The notes below the pieces were generated by a model that saw only the letters and a list, made by a program, of their open reading frames with translations, searched no databases and had not been told where the DNA came from. A program made the translations under genes and the position numbers. From Polyangiales bacterium (GTDB taxonomy: Bacteria; Myxococcota_A; Polyangia; Polyangiales; Houyiibacteriaceae), in contig JBGCFM010000198.1 in the NCBI GenBank assembly GCA_045106895.1, positions 1 to 31,584 of the forward strand: DNA of 31,584 nucleotides, given 5' to 3'. Positions 1 through 7,826 of this stretch are shown here, one piece after another. Position 1 is the first letter of the stretch. The number at the start of each line of letters is the position of its first letter.

Positions 1-2
1 TC

Positions 3-136
3 GACGGACCCGAAAGGTGTGGGGACCGGGGTCCCGGCGATTGAGCCTCACGAGACAACTTGTTGGCTCGTATTGTCGAGCCGTCAGAGACGGCGAGACA
101 AGCCAAGGCGTCGTCGCCGGGACCCCCTGAGCCGTC
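3..136. other. Branched stem-loop element (candidate structured RNA or REP-like palindromic element); may extend beyond the window start
   Basis: Perfect 13-bp inverted repeat ggggtcccggcga (28-40) / tcgccgggacccc (114-126) encloses two hairpins (51-70 and 73-101). Outer pair gacgg (3-7) / ccgtc (132-136). No credible ORF here. Confidence 0.45.
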
Positions 137-146
137 CACGCGCCTG

Positions 147-228
147 CCGTTCAGATGGATGTAAACCCGTTCAAATGGATAGCAAATGGATAGCGCGCAA
201 AGCGTAGGCCTGAGCCATTCAGATGGAC
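147..228. repeat. Cluster of short direct repeats, consensus ccRttcaRatgga
   Basis: ccgttcagatggat (147-160), ccgttcaaatggat (167-180), ccattcagatggac (215-228), plus exact tandem caaatggatag x2 (172-193). Confidence 0.7.
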
Positions 229-246
229 GGCGGAACGAGTGAGAAC

Positions 247-1485
247 CTAGACCCGTTCAATGATGGTCGCGATGCCCATGCCGCCGCCGATGCAAAGCGT
301 GATGAGCGCGGTGTTGAGGTCTCGACGTTCGAGTTCGTCCACCGCGGTCTGCAGAAGCATAGCTCCCGTAGCACCGAGCGGATGACCCAGCGCGATGGCG
401 CCGCCGGCGACGTTGACCTTCGCGTGGTCGACATCAAGGTTGCGCATCGTCTGGAGTGGGACCGTGGCGAAGGCTTCGTTGATCTCCCACAGGTCGATGT
501 CACTCGCCTTCATGCCCGCCATCTTGAGCGCCTTCTTCGACGCTGGCGTCGGCGCCGTAAGCATGATGATGGGCTCTGCGCCTGCCGTTGCTGTGGCGCG
601 GATCTTTGCGCGGGCTTTGAGACCGTGGGCCTTGGCGTAGTCGCCGCTCGCAAGAAGCACGGCGGCGGCGCCGTCGACGATGCCGCTGGAGTTGCCGCCG
701 GTGTGGACGTGTTCGATGGCTTTCACGTCGGGGTAACGGGCCATCGCGATTTGGTCCATGGTCTCGCCGTTTGGTCCGATGGGCATCGCACCAAACTTCA
801 CGAAGGCCTGACGCAAACCACCCAAGGCCTCGGCCGTTGTTCCGGGTCGAGGATGCTCGTCCTTCTCGAGGACAACTTCGCCCGACTCCGGGTGTTTCAC
901 GGCGAAGAGCGATCGGTCGAACCAGCCACCTTCGACGGCTGCAGCCGCGCGCGCCTGGGACTCCGCCGCGAAGGCATCGCAGTCGGCGCGGGTGAACCCT
1001 TCGAGGGTCGCGATGAGGTCGGCGCTGATACCCTGAGGCACCTGGAAGTGCTTCTTGCGCAGCTGATGGTTGTTGCCGTCGATACCAGCTTGGTCGCTCC
1101 CCATCGGTACGCGAGACATGGACTCAACGCCGCCGCCGACGACAACCTGCTGCTGCCCGCTCATGATTCCAAGCGCCGCAAAGTTCACCGCCTGAAGTCC
1201 GCTGCCGCAGAAGCGGTTGAGCGTGACGCCGGTCACTTCGATGGGCCAGTCCGCAGACAGAACGCTGTTACGCGCAATGCACGCGCCTTGCTCACCAGCT
1301 TGGCTCACACACCCAACCACCACATCATCAACGTCGCTCTTCTCGAGCCCCGTCTTGTCGGCGAGGTGGTTGAGCGTCTGCGCCATGAGCTCCTGCGGGT
1401 GAATTCCGCTGAGCGCGCCCACGTCCTTTTTTCCGCGGCCCCGAGGCGTACGAACTCCGTCAATAATGAATGCGTCCATGTTCAT
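247..1485 (-). CDS. Acetyl-CoA C-acyltransferase (thiolase)
   Basis: Thiolase motifs RTPRG, NRFCGSG (nucleophile Cys), [22 protein letters not shown] and LCIGGGMG; 412 aa. Confidence 0.97.
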   Translation of the reverse strand: MNMDAFIIDGVRTPRGRGKKDVGALSGIHPQELMAQTLNHLADKTGLEKSDVDDVVVGCVSQAGEQGACIARNSVLSADWPIEVTGVTLNRFCGSGLQAVNFAALGIMSGQQQVVVGGGVESMSRVPMGSDQAGIDGNNHQLRKKHFQVPQGISADLIATLEGFTRADCDAFAAESQARAAAAVEGGWFDRSLFAVKHPESGEVVLEKDEHPRPGTTAEALGGLRQAFVKFGAMPIGPNGETMDQIAMARYPDVKAIEHVHTGGNSSGIVDGAAAVLLASGDYAKAHGLKARAKIRATATAGAEPIIMLTAPTPASKKALKMAGMKASDIDLWEINEAFATVPLQTMRNLDVDHAKVNVAGGAIALGHPLGATGAMLLQTAVDELERRDLNTALITLCIGGGMGIATIIERV

Positions 1486-1499
1486 GATCTTTCTTTTTC

Positions 1500-1743
1500 T
1501 ATGAGGGAGCTTTGCAAAGCTCCCTCGCCGCCTCCGGCGGCTTCACCCTCAAAATTTGTTTTTTGAAGGCAGGTTCAACTTCTTCGAAGTTATGGGCACC
1601 GTCTCTCGAGGTTCACGCGGCGCCGAGGGAGCTCTGCGTATGTGTCAAAACAACTTCGGAGAAGTTAAAACCCGCGTTCAAAAAAACATTTTGAGGGTGA
1701 AGGCGCCCTCGGCGCCGAGGGAGCTTTGCAAAGCTCCCTCATA
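1500..1743. repeat. 244-bp inverted-repeat element of nested palindromes (REPIN/MITE-like)
   Basis: Perfect 27-bp terminal inverted repeat 1500-1526 / 1717-1743. Each end holds the perfect 24-bp palindrome gagggagctttgcaaagctccctc. Imperfect arm homology extends about 92 bp (1500-1591 vs 1652-1743). A partial third copy lies at 1618-1637. Confidence 0.9.
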
Positions 1744-1762
1744 AAGAAGACTCCCTCATAAA

Positions 1763-2929
1763 TTAGAGCCCCATGATCTTGGCGATGGCGTAGCGCATCA
1801 CTTCCGTCGCTCCGCCGCCGATGCGGAAGAGTCGCGCGTCACGCCAGGCGCGAGCGACCCACAGCTCTTCGAGGTAGCCCATGCCGCCGTGGAACTGGAC
1901 GCACTGGTCCATGATCTCGTTGGTGACGTCGCCGACGAAGGCCTTCGACATGCTGATGAGCTTCGTTGTCTCCATAGAGACCATGCCGCCCTTTACGTAC
2001 TTCTCTTCGTTGTAGCGGTCCGTCGCCTCGTAGGTCAGCGCCTTGGCCGCTTCGTACTTTGTGTAGAGTTCGACGAACTTCTGCTGCCAGTACTCACGCT
2101 TGATGAGCGGCTTGCCAAATGCGCTGCGCTCACGGCCCCACGAAACGCTGCGATCGAGGGCTAGCTTGGCGCCGGAGAGGGCGCTCGCTGAACCGGCGAC
2201 GCGTTCCGACTGGAAGTTCTGCATGAGATAGGTGAAGCCCATGCCTTCTTTACCGAGGAGGTAGCGCTTCGGCACTTTGCAATCGTCAAAGAAGAGCTCA
2301 GCCGTATCCGACGACCAGTTGCCAGCCTTTTCAAGAGTTCGGCTCACGCCGTAGCCTTTGATGTCCGTGGGGAAGAGGATCGTCGAGATACCCGCGTGTC
2401 CTGCGTCGGGGTCGGTCTTGACCATGAGCGTGACGAAGTCGGCGCGCGTCCCGTTGGTGATATACGTCTTGCTGCCGTTGATGATGTACTCGTCGCCGAC
2501 GAGGCGCGCCGTCGTTCGGATGCCGGCGACGTCGCTACCTGCGCCGGGTTCGGAAACGCCGAGGGCTGCGATCTTGTCGCCGGCGAGAGCGGGCTCCAAG
2601 AACTCCTTCTTCTGCTCGTCGGTGCCAAGGTCGTTGATGCACGGCACGGCCATGTCCGACTGAACGAGGAGTCCCATGGTGACGCCGGCTGCGCCGCACC
2701 GAGAGAGCTCTTCGCTCTTCACCACGCTCATCCAATAGTCGCCGCCGCCGCCGCCGACGTCTTCCGGGTAGTGCGCTCCGATAATCCCGAGCTCACCCGC
2801 TCGCTTGAAGACGGAGTTTGGGAAGAGCTTTGCCTTCTCCCATTCATCCACGTGGGGCGCGAGTTCCTTCTCCGCGAAGTCGCGAACCATTTGGCGAAAG
2901 AGTCGGTGTTCTTCTTTGAAGGGGTCCAT
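1763..2929 (-). CDS. Acyl-CoA dehydrogenase
   Basis: Motifs SEPGAGSD, INGSKTYITNG, QFHGGMGY and RDARLFRIGGGATEV; 388 aa. The MCAD-type IYEGT glutamate is absent and FQSER is present, as in LCAD/IVD/AtuD-type enzymes. Confidence 0.96.
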   Translation of the reverse strand: MDPFKEEHRLFRQMVRDFAEKELAPHVDEWEKAKLFPNSVFKRAGELGIIGAHYPEDVGGGGGDYWMSVVKSEELSRCGAAGVTMGLLVQSDMAVPCINDLGTDEQKKEFLEPALAGDKIAALGVSEPGAGSDVAGIRTTARLVGDEYIINGSKTYITNGTRADFVTLMVKTDPDAGHAGISTILFPTDIKGYGVSRTLEKAGNWSSDTAELFFDDCKVPKRYLLGKEGMGFTYLMQNFQSERVAGSASALSGAKLALDRSVSWGRERSAFGKPLIKREYWQQKFVELYTKYEAAKALTYEATDRYNEEKYVKGGMVSMETTKLISMSKAFVGDVTNEIMDQCVQFHGGMGYLEELWVARAWRDARLFRIGGGATEVMRYAIAKIMGL

Positions 2930-2992
2930 GAGGCTCCGTTTTGGGCTCCAGGGGCGGGTTGTTCGATGTTCAACAGGACCCGTCGCCCAGAA

Positions 2993-3010
2993 AATGAATG
3001 ACCATTCATT
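2993..3010. promoter_or_regulatory. Palindromic operator, probably TetR-family
   Basis: Perfect AATGAATG-ac-CATTCATT, AT-rich in a GC-rich background, about 64 bp upstream of the acyl-CoA dehydrogenase start. Confidence 0.75.
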
Positions 3011-3037
3011 GATAGGGGTCTGCTTCTAAGAGGTCAA
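3009..3037 (-). promoter_or_regulatory. Putative sigma70 promoter for the acyl-CoA dehydrogenase/thiolase genes
   Basis: Minus strand TTGACC (3037-3032), 17-nt spacer, TATCAA (3014-3009). The -10 overlaps the edge of the operator palindrome. Confidence 0.55.
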
Positions 3038-3127
3038 CCATTTCGGCCCGAAGGGCACGTTTGACCCTGTTTTCTAGGCCAACTAGGTGGGGTCTTTGCA
3101 CCCCGGGATGTGCTAGAGTCACGGCCT

Positions 3128-4561
3128 ATGACGGGTCAGGAACCCACAAAGCTCCACTACCTCGACGGCAAACCTTCGGAGATCACGCTCCGACGTTGTC
3201 AGCTTGAGGTGGTGCGTGACGGCAAGGTTGAAACACGCACATTTGAGCGCGACCTCGTCAATATTGGCGCCGCCGAAGACAACGATGTCGTTCTCGTGGA
3301 CGACACCGTCAGTCGCTACCACTGCCGTATCTACCAAGAGTCCAACCAGTACTTCGTGCGGGATCTCGGCTCGACGAACGGGACCTTCGTCAACCGCGTG
3401 CGCGTACGCGATGCCTACCTCGAGCCCGGTTCGATCATCTCTCTTGGCGCCACCGAGATTCGCTTCGCCGCGAAGGACGAGAAGTTCCGCGTCGTGCCAT
3501 CAGATCGCGCGCGCTTTGGTGAGCTCATCGGTAAGAACGCGCGCATGCGCGAGATCTACGCCATCCTTGAAAAGATCGCGCCGACGGACGCCACCGTCGT
3601 CATCGAAGGCGAGACGGGTACCGGCAAGGAAGTCGTCGCGCGCGCAACGCATGGGGCGTCGCGCCGGAAGAACGGCCCCTTCATGATCTTCGACTGTGGC
3701 GCCGTTCCAGAGAACCTCATCGAGAGCGAGCTCTTTGGTCACGAGAAGGGTTCGTTTACCGGCGCCATCTCCACGCGCCAAGGCGTCTTCGAGATGGCCA
3801 ACGGCGGCACCGTGTTCCTCGACGAGCTCGGCGAACTCCAACTCGACCTTCAACCGAAACTGCTTCGTGTACTTGAGCAGCGCGAGGTCAAACGGGTCGG
3901 TGGTACCAAACCCATCAAGGTCGACGTTCGCGTTATCGCCGCCACCAACCGTGACCTTGAAGCCGAAGTCCGCGCGGGGCGTTTTCGGGAGGACCTCTTC
4001 TACCGCCTGAGCGTGGTTCGGATGATTTTGCCGCCGCTGAAAGAGCGTAAAGACGACGTTCCCCTGCTCATCCAGCAGTTTCTCAAAGCTGGCCGTTTCA
4101 ACCAAACGGCGGAAGGCAAGCGACGAGTCCAGCAGATCAGCCGCGCCGCCCTCGACCGGATCCTCGACTACGACTGGCCAGGCAATGTGCGCGAGCTGCA
4201 CAATATGGTGGAGCGCGCCGTGAGCTTCGCCGAGAGTGACACCATCGAAGTTCGTGACCTCCCCGACCACATCGCGATGATCCGTCAGTTGGCCGGCGTG
4301 ATGCCAAGCGTCGTGACCTTGCCGGAGGATCCACCCACGGTGGAAGAACCCCCGGCGTCAAACGGCCCAGGTCTCGTGCCGCCCACAGACGGCAACTTCA
4401 AGGACGCCAAAGAGCAGTGGGTCGCCGCCTTTGAGAAGGACTACATCGAAGAGCTCCTCAAGCGGAACGACGGGAATATCTCCCACGCCGCGCGGGAAGC
4501 CGACATCGACCGCAAGTACTTCCGCAAGCTCATGAAGAAGTACTCGCTCACCGCCCACTAG
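3128..4561 (+). CDS. Sigma-54-dependent enhancer-binding protein with N-terminal FHA domain and C-terminal Fis HTH
   Basis: FHA motifs ([16 protein letters not shown]), Walker [49 protein letters not shown] and [16 protein letters not shown] 3128 is preferred over GTG 3110 because TGcTAGAGT lies just upstream of it. Confidence 0.95.
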   Translation: MTGQEPTKLHYLDGKPSEITLRRCQLEVVRDGKVETRTFERDLVNIGAAEDNDVVLVDDTVSRYHCRIYQESNQYFVRDLGSTNGTFVNRVRVRDAYLEPGSIISLGATEIRFAAKDEKFRVVPSDRARFGELIGKNARMREIYAILEKIAPTDATVVIEGETGTGKEVVARATHGASRRKNGPFMIFDCGAVPENLIESELFGHEKGSFTGAISTRQGVFEMANGGTVFLDELGELQLDLQPKLLRVLEQREVKRVGGTKPIKVDVRVIAATNRDLEAEVRAGRFREDLFYRLSVVRMILPPLKERKDDVPLLIQQFLKAGRFNQTAEGKRRVQQISRAALDRILDYDWPGNVRELHNMVERAVSFAESDTIEVRDLPDHIAMIRQLAGVMPSVVTLPEDPPTVEEPPASNGPGLVPPTDGNFKDAKEQWVAAFEKDYIEELLKRNDGNISHAAREADIDRKYFRKLMKKYSLTAH

Positions 4562-7500
4562 CGCGTATCCGCAACGCGCTCCAACTCTCGGATGGTCTCG
4601 CTGACCGCCACCGGCGTGAAGACTCCCTTGGTCCACCGAAGAGCTCCTAGCCGTTGCAGCGGCGCGTCGCCGATTTCTCCGAGGCGAACGCCGGGGTCGA
4701 AGGACAAGGTGACGACGACGCTTCCAAACGTTTTGCTCACGTCGTAGACCTCGCCGCCATCCTCTACATCTCCGAGCGTCCAACCGTGCCTCTGAAGCGA
4801 TAGGATCGCGCCAGCCGGCACGCGTTTCCCTTGCCAGCGCGTGGACTCGCGCGCGCCTGCTTCATCATCCGCCAGCCGTCCAGTGCTGCGACGAAGCTGC
4901 TCGAAGGGCTGCACCAACTCGTAGTCCGCAAAGACGCCCGTCCAGCCGCTCACAACTCCCTTGGCGAGCCGCGCCGGATGAGCGACGACGACTTTGGCAT
5001 CAGGCGGAAGCTGCCACTCCTCACCCAACGCATCCTCAAGCGTCCCATCCAACGCGACGCGAAAGGTGACGGCGCTTGCCCCCAAGGTGCTCCAAACGAG
5101 ACCCGCCGCGACGCGCATACGTAGCGCTTGCGACACGAAGCGCTCGCGAAACTCGGACGCCGCCCAGGCGCGCTCTTCGCACATGGCCTCTTCGAGCCTC
5201 CGTCTCTCGCGGACCACGAAGTTCTTCAGCTTGGTCCGCATGTCCCGGAACTGAGCGATGGCTCTCGTCGCTTTTTCGGAATCATCGCGCTTCGCGACGG
5301 GAGGCAGCTTCGGACGGCGCATGCCTTGGTCATCCGTGAGGACCAACTCCAGGTGCTCGACCTGCGCGTAGAATCGCCTTGGGCCGAAGTCGAGCACGGT
5401 CTTGTCGGGCAGGTCAGGAATGTCGAGGACAAGCTCCGCAAGCTCCTCGGGGGCTACTTTCCTTCGCTTCGCCGCAGCCTCAAAGAGCAGACCGCCATGC
5501 ACGCGCAGGTTACGATACCCGCGCTCTTCGGAGGCCTCCATAAGAGCCCGCAACGCCTCATCGCTGCCGAGCTCTTCCAAGACCTCGAGCCCAGTGAGAG
5601 CCAGCTGATACTCACTCTGTTTTGACCATGTGCGAAGGAGCGGAGACAGGCGCTTCACGCTGAGGTCCGTTCCGAAGACTCCAAGGGCCTCCATCACCCA
5701 TCGCGCCTTGGAAGGCGCGCCAGCGTCGAGGAACGCCTCAAAGGCCTCCCAAATCATCTCCGCGAGGGACTCCTCATCACATGCCTCGCGTATGGCTTCG
5801 ACGTCTTTGTTTTTCCTGCCGCGTTTCCGCGTCGCCAGAACGGTGCCGATGCGACGCAGCGCCGATTCCGGAAGACGGTGCGAGCCGGACTTTGTGAGCA
5901 CCTTCGGCAGTCGATCCGGCGCGAAGCACTTCGGCAAGACGGGCTCCTTGGCGGGAAGTGCGACGAGCGCCTCAAGGGCCGCCAACACCTCGTCGCCGTA
6001 TTCCGTCGCGACCTCCAGCAAGGTCTTTCGTTTCTTTTCCGCCAGAATCGCGATGCCCGCCACCGCAGCTTTCTTTGCTTTTCCTGTCCCGCCAAGAGCG
6101 GCGGGAATGAGCCCGATAGCGGCACTGCGCGGGTGGCGAACCAACCACTTCCTGGCGTGCTTTTCTGACTTCTTGAGCGTTGCCCCATGGGCCACAAATG
6201 GAGCCAGGCTGGCCGAATCGAAAGGCATGAGAGCAGGCAGCGCGTCCGCAATAGAGACCTTCGCGCAAGTTGCCAAAAGGTCCAAGGAGTCCAGCTCGTA
6301 GCGCGCAACGACGGGTCGAAGCCAGTCACCGAACCCCCAAGGGTCAGTGGGCCTGAATTGACGGAGACGGGTGCGCGATAGGTCGTCGGGCCCCCACGCC
6401 ATGAGGTAGCAATCGTTTACCTTCTCCAGCTCGCTCCGCTCTAGGCCACCGAGCTTCGGCCGGCCCACGAAGGTCTTTCTTTCTCCGGCCCGCCACGCCA
6501 TCGCCGGCACCTGCGCCAAGGTCGCCAGGCCCTTGATGCGTTTGGGCGCCTTTGCTTTTGCTGCGCTCAGTGGCCTCAGCACCTTAGGCAATGAACCCAG
6601 CGGCGCCGGGTCCAGCGCAGATTCACTCGTCGCATGGGCGTGTCGCCGTAGGAGCGGCAGCAGCGGCGCCTGGGCCTTCTTTGGTAGCTTGTCTACCGCG
6701 GCTTCGATATCGGCGACTCTGCTCGCGTCGCTCTGCAGCACATGTTCGAGAGCCTCCATGGCTCCCTTTCTCTTTCTGCGCGCCACAAGGGCCGAGAGGC
6801 CGCTGCCGTTTGGGCAAAGCGCCAGAGCGAACGTGAGACGCTCGCAGACCTTCTTGTTGCGCCCATGAACTTCCATCGCGTCCAGCCAGTAGGTAAGCGC
6901 TTCCGGCGCGTCCGCACCGAAGTTCTCGAAAACGTTCAACGCGTACGACGCGCTGGGGAAGCGCCCGAAGAGACCAAAGTTCTCCTGGAGAACTTTCAGA
7001 TGCTCTATTTGGCCCACGGAAGCGAGGAGCAGCGCCTTGCGCTGATCGTGGCGCGTGTCCGTCAGTCGACTCGCTTGGGCGGCGAGCATCTCGACGCACC
7101 TCAGCTCCGGAAAGAGATAGGCGATGGCGATCATTCGCTCAACGCTGACGCCGTCGACGAGATACCCTTGCGCCACCTCAACGCACCCGGCGTGCTCTTC
7201 GTCGGGCGCGATGGCCAGGAGGCCACGGAGTCGCACGAGGTACATGGGTTCGTTGTATTTCTCCCAGCGATTGGCGCCCGCGTACTCGATCTGATCGTCG
7301 AGTGTCTTCGGCACGGCACCCTCACAGCTGGCTTTGATAGCGTAACTCTCCATCGCGACCTCGGTGGCAAAGGCGAGACCGTGTTGCGCCCAGCGGTCGG
7401 CGAAAGCGTCTGTTTTGGCGATGCCTTTGGAGCGCATGTGGAAGAGCGCGAGAGCGACCGCCTCTTGGGTGGCGGTCCCTAGCTTCGAAGGCTCTTCCTG

Positions 7501-7689
7501 GCCTAGCGCATCATCGACCCACGCGACGGTTTCCGTCGCGCACTTGGTCGCATCACGGTTCGCAGCGCGCACGTCCGCTCGAATGGGAAGTCGTGCAATC
7601 GCTTCTGAGTCTTCGCCGGCGTTCTTCTCTTGATGGCTACGGACGATGCACTCGGGAAACCGCGACGTGGGTGCATTTGACGCAACCAT
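4558..7689 (-). CDS. Large DUF4132 domain-containing protein (MolR/YehI-like C-terminus)
   Basis: C-terminal motifs LDFGPRRF, RRLEEAM...RAW, VVAHP and FADYELVQPFEQLRR are typical of DUF4132. Start uncertain: the ORF is open to 7770, and ATG 7689 was chosen. Shares the stop tetranucleotide ctag (4558-4561) with the convergent gene. Confidence 0.8.
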   Translation of the reverse strand: MVASNAPTSRFPECIVRSHQEKNAGEDSEAIARLPIRADVRAANRDATKCATETVAWVDDALGQEEPSKLGTATQEAVALALFHMRSKGIAKTDAFADRWAQHGLAFATEVAMESYAIKASCEGAVPKTLDDQIEYAGANRWEKYNEPMYLVRLRGLLAIAPDEEHAGCVEVAQGYLVDGVSVERMIAIAYLFPELRCVEMLAAQASRLTDTRHDQRKALLLASVGQIEHLKVLQENFGLFGRFPSASYALNVFENFGADAPEALTYWLDAMEVHGRNKKVCERLTFALALCPNGSGLSALVARRKRKGAMEALEHVLQSDASRVADIEAAVDKLPKKAQAPLLPLLRRHAHATSESALDPAPLGSLPKVLRPLSAAKAKAPKRIKGLATLAQVPAMAWRAGERKTFVGRPKLGGLERSELEKVNDCYLMAWGPDDLSRTRLRQFRPTDPWGFGDWLRPVVARYELDSLDLLATCAKVSIADALPALMPFDSASLAPFVAHGATLKKSEKHARKWLVRHPRSAAIGLIPAALGGTGKAKKAAVAGIAILAEKKRKTLLEVATEYGDEVLAALEALVALPAKEPVLPKCFAPDRLPKVLTKSGSHRLPESALRRIGTVLATRKRGRKNKDVEAIREACDEESLAEMIWEAFEAFLDAGAPSKARWVMEALGVFGTDLSVKRLSPLLRTWSKQSEYQLALTGLEVLEELGSDEALRALMEASEERGYRNLRVHGGLLFEAAAKRRKVAPEELAELVLDIPDLPDKTVLDFGPRRFYAQVEHLELVLTDDQGMRRPKLPPVAKRDDSEKATRAIAQFRDMRTKLKNFVVRERRRLEEAMCEERAWAASEFRERFVSQALRMRVAAGLVWSTLGASAVTFRVALDGTLEDALGEEWQLPPDAKVVVAHPARLAKGVVSGWTGVFADYELVQPFEQLRRSTGRLADDEAGARESTRWQGKRVPAGAILSLQRHGWTLGDVEDGGEVYDVSKTFGSVVVTLSFDPGVRLGEIGDAPLQRLGALRWTKGVFTPVAVSETIRELERVADTR

Positions 7690-7826
7690 GTTCGGGGAAA
7701 AGCACTGAGGGTGTTCGCCATGCAATGCTTCATAGCAAAAACGCTGCCAGCTGACCGGCGTAGAGAACACCGACGAAAACAGATTTCAGGCGTGCGCGCT
7801 GGGCACGCTTGAGCAACTCTTGCGCG

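Noticed and set aside
147..228. Possible CRISPR array
   Set aside because: The repeats are 14 bp or shorter with irregular gaps of 0 to about 21 bp, and there are no cas genes.
160..235. Partial resemblance to a c-di-GMP-I riboswitch (GTAAAC/GCAAA...CGCAAAGC...GGCCTGA)
   Set aside because: The GAAA-capped hairpin and closing stem are missing, and no + strand gene follows. An Rfam scan would settle it.
223..1566. 447-aa + strand ORF
   Set aside because: It is the antisense shadow of the thiolase gene. Long antisense frames are expected in high-GC coding DNA, and it has no motifs.
1500..1743. Interpretation as a simple rho-independent terminator or an autonomous IS
   Set aside because: It is too long and symmetric for a terminator, encodes no transposase, and has no clear flanking target-site duplication.
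3128..4561. GSFTGA instead of GAFTGA as a sign of an inactive activator
   Set aside because: GSFTGA is a common functional variant in enhancer-binding proteins.
7800..7815. Sigma-54-like TGG-N10-GC sequence
   Set aside because: Poor match to TGGCACG-N4-TTGC, and it points along the + strand where no gene follows.
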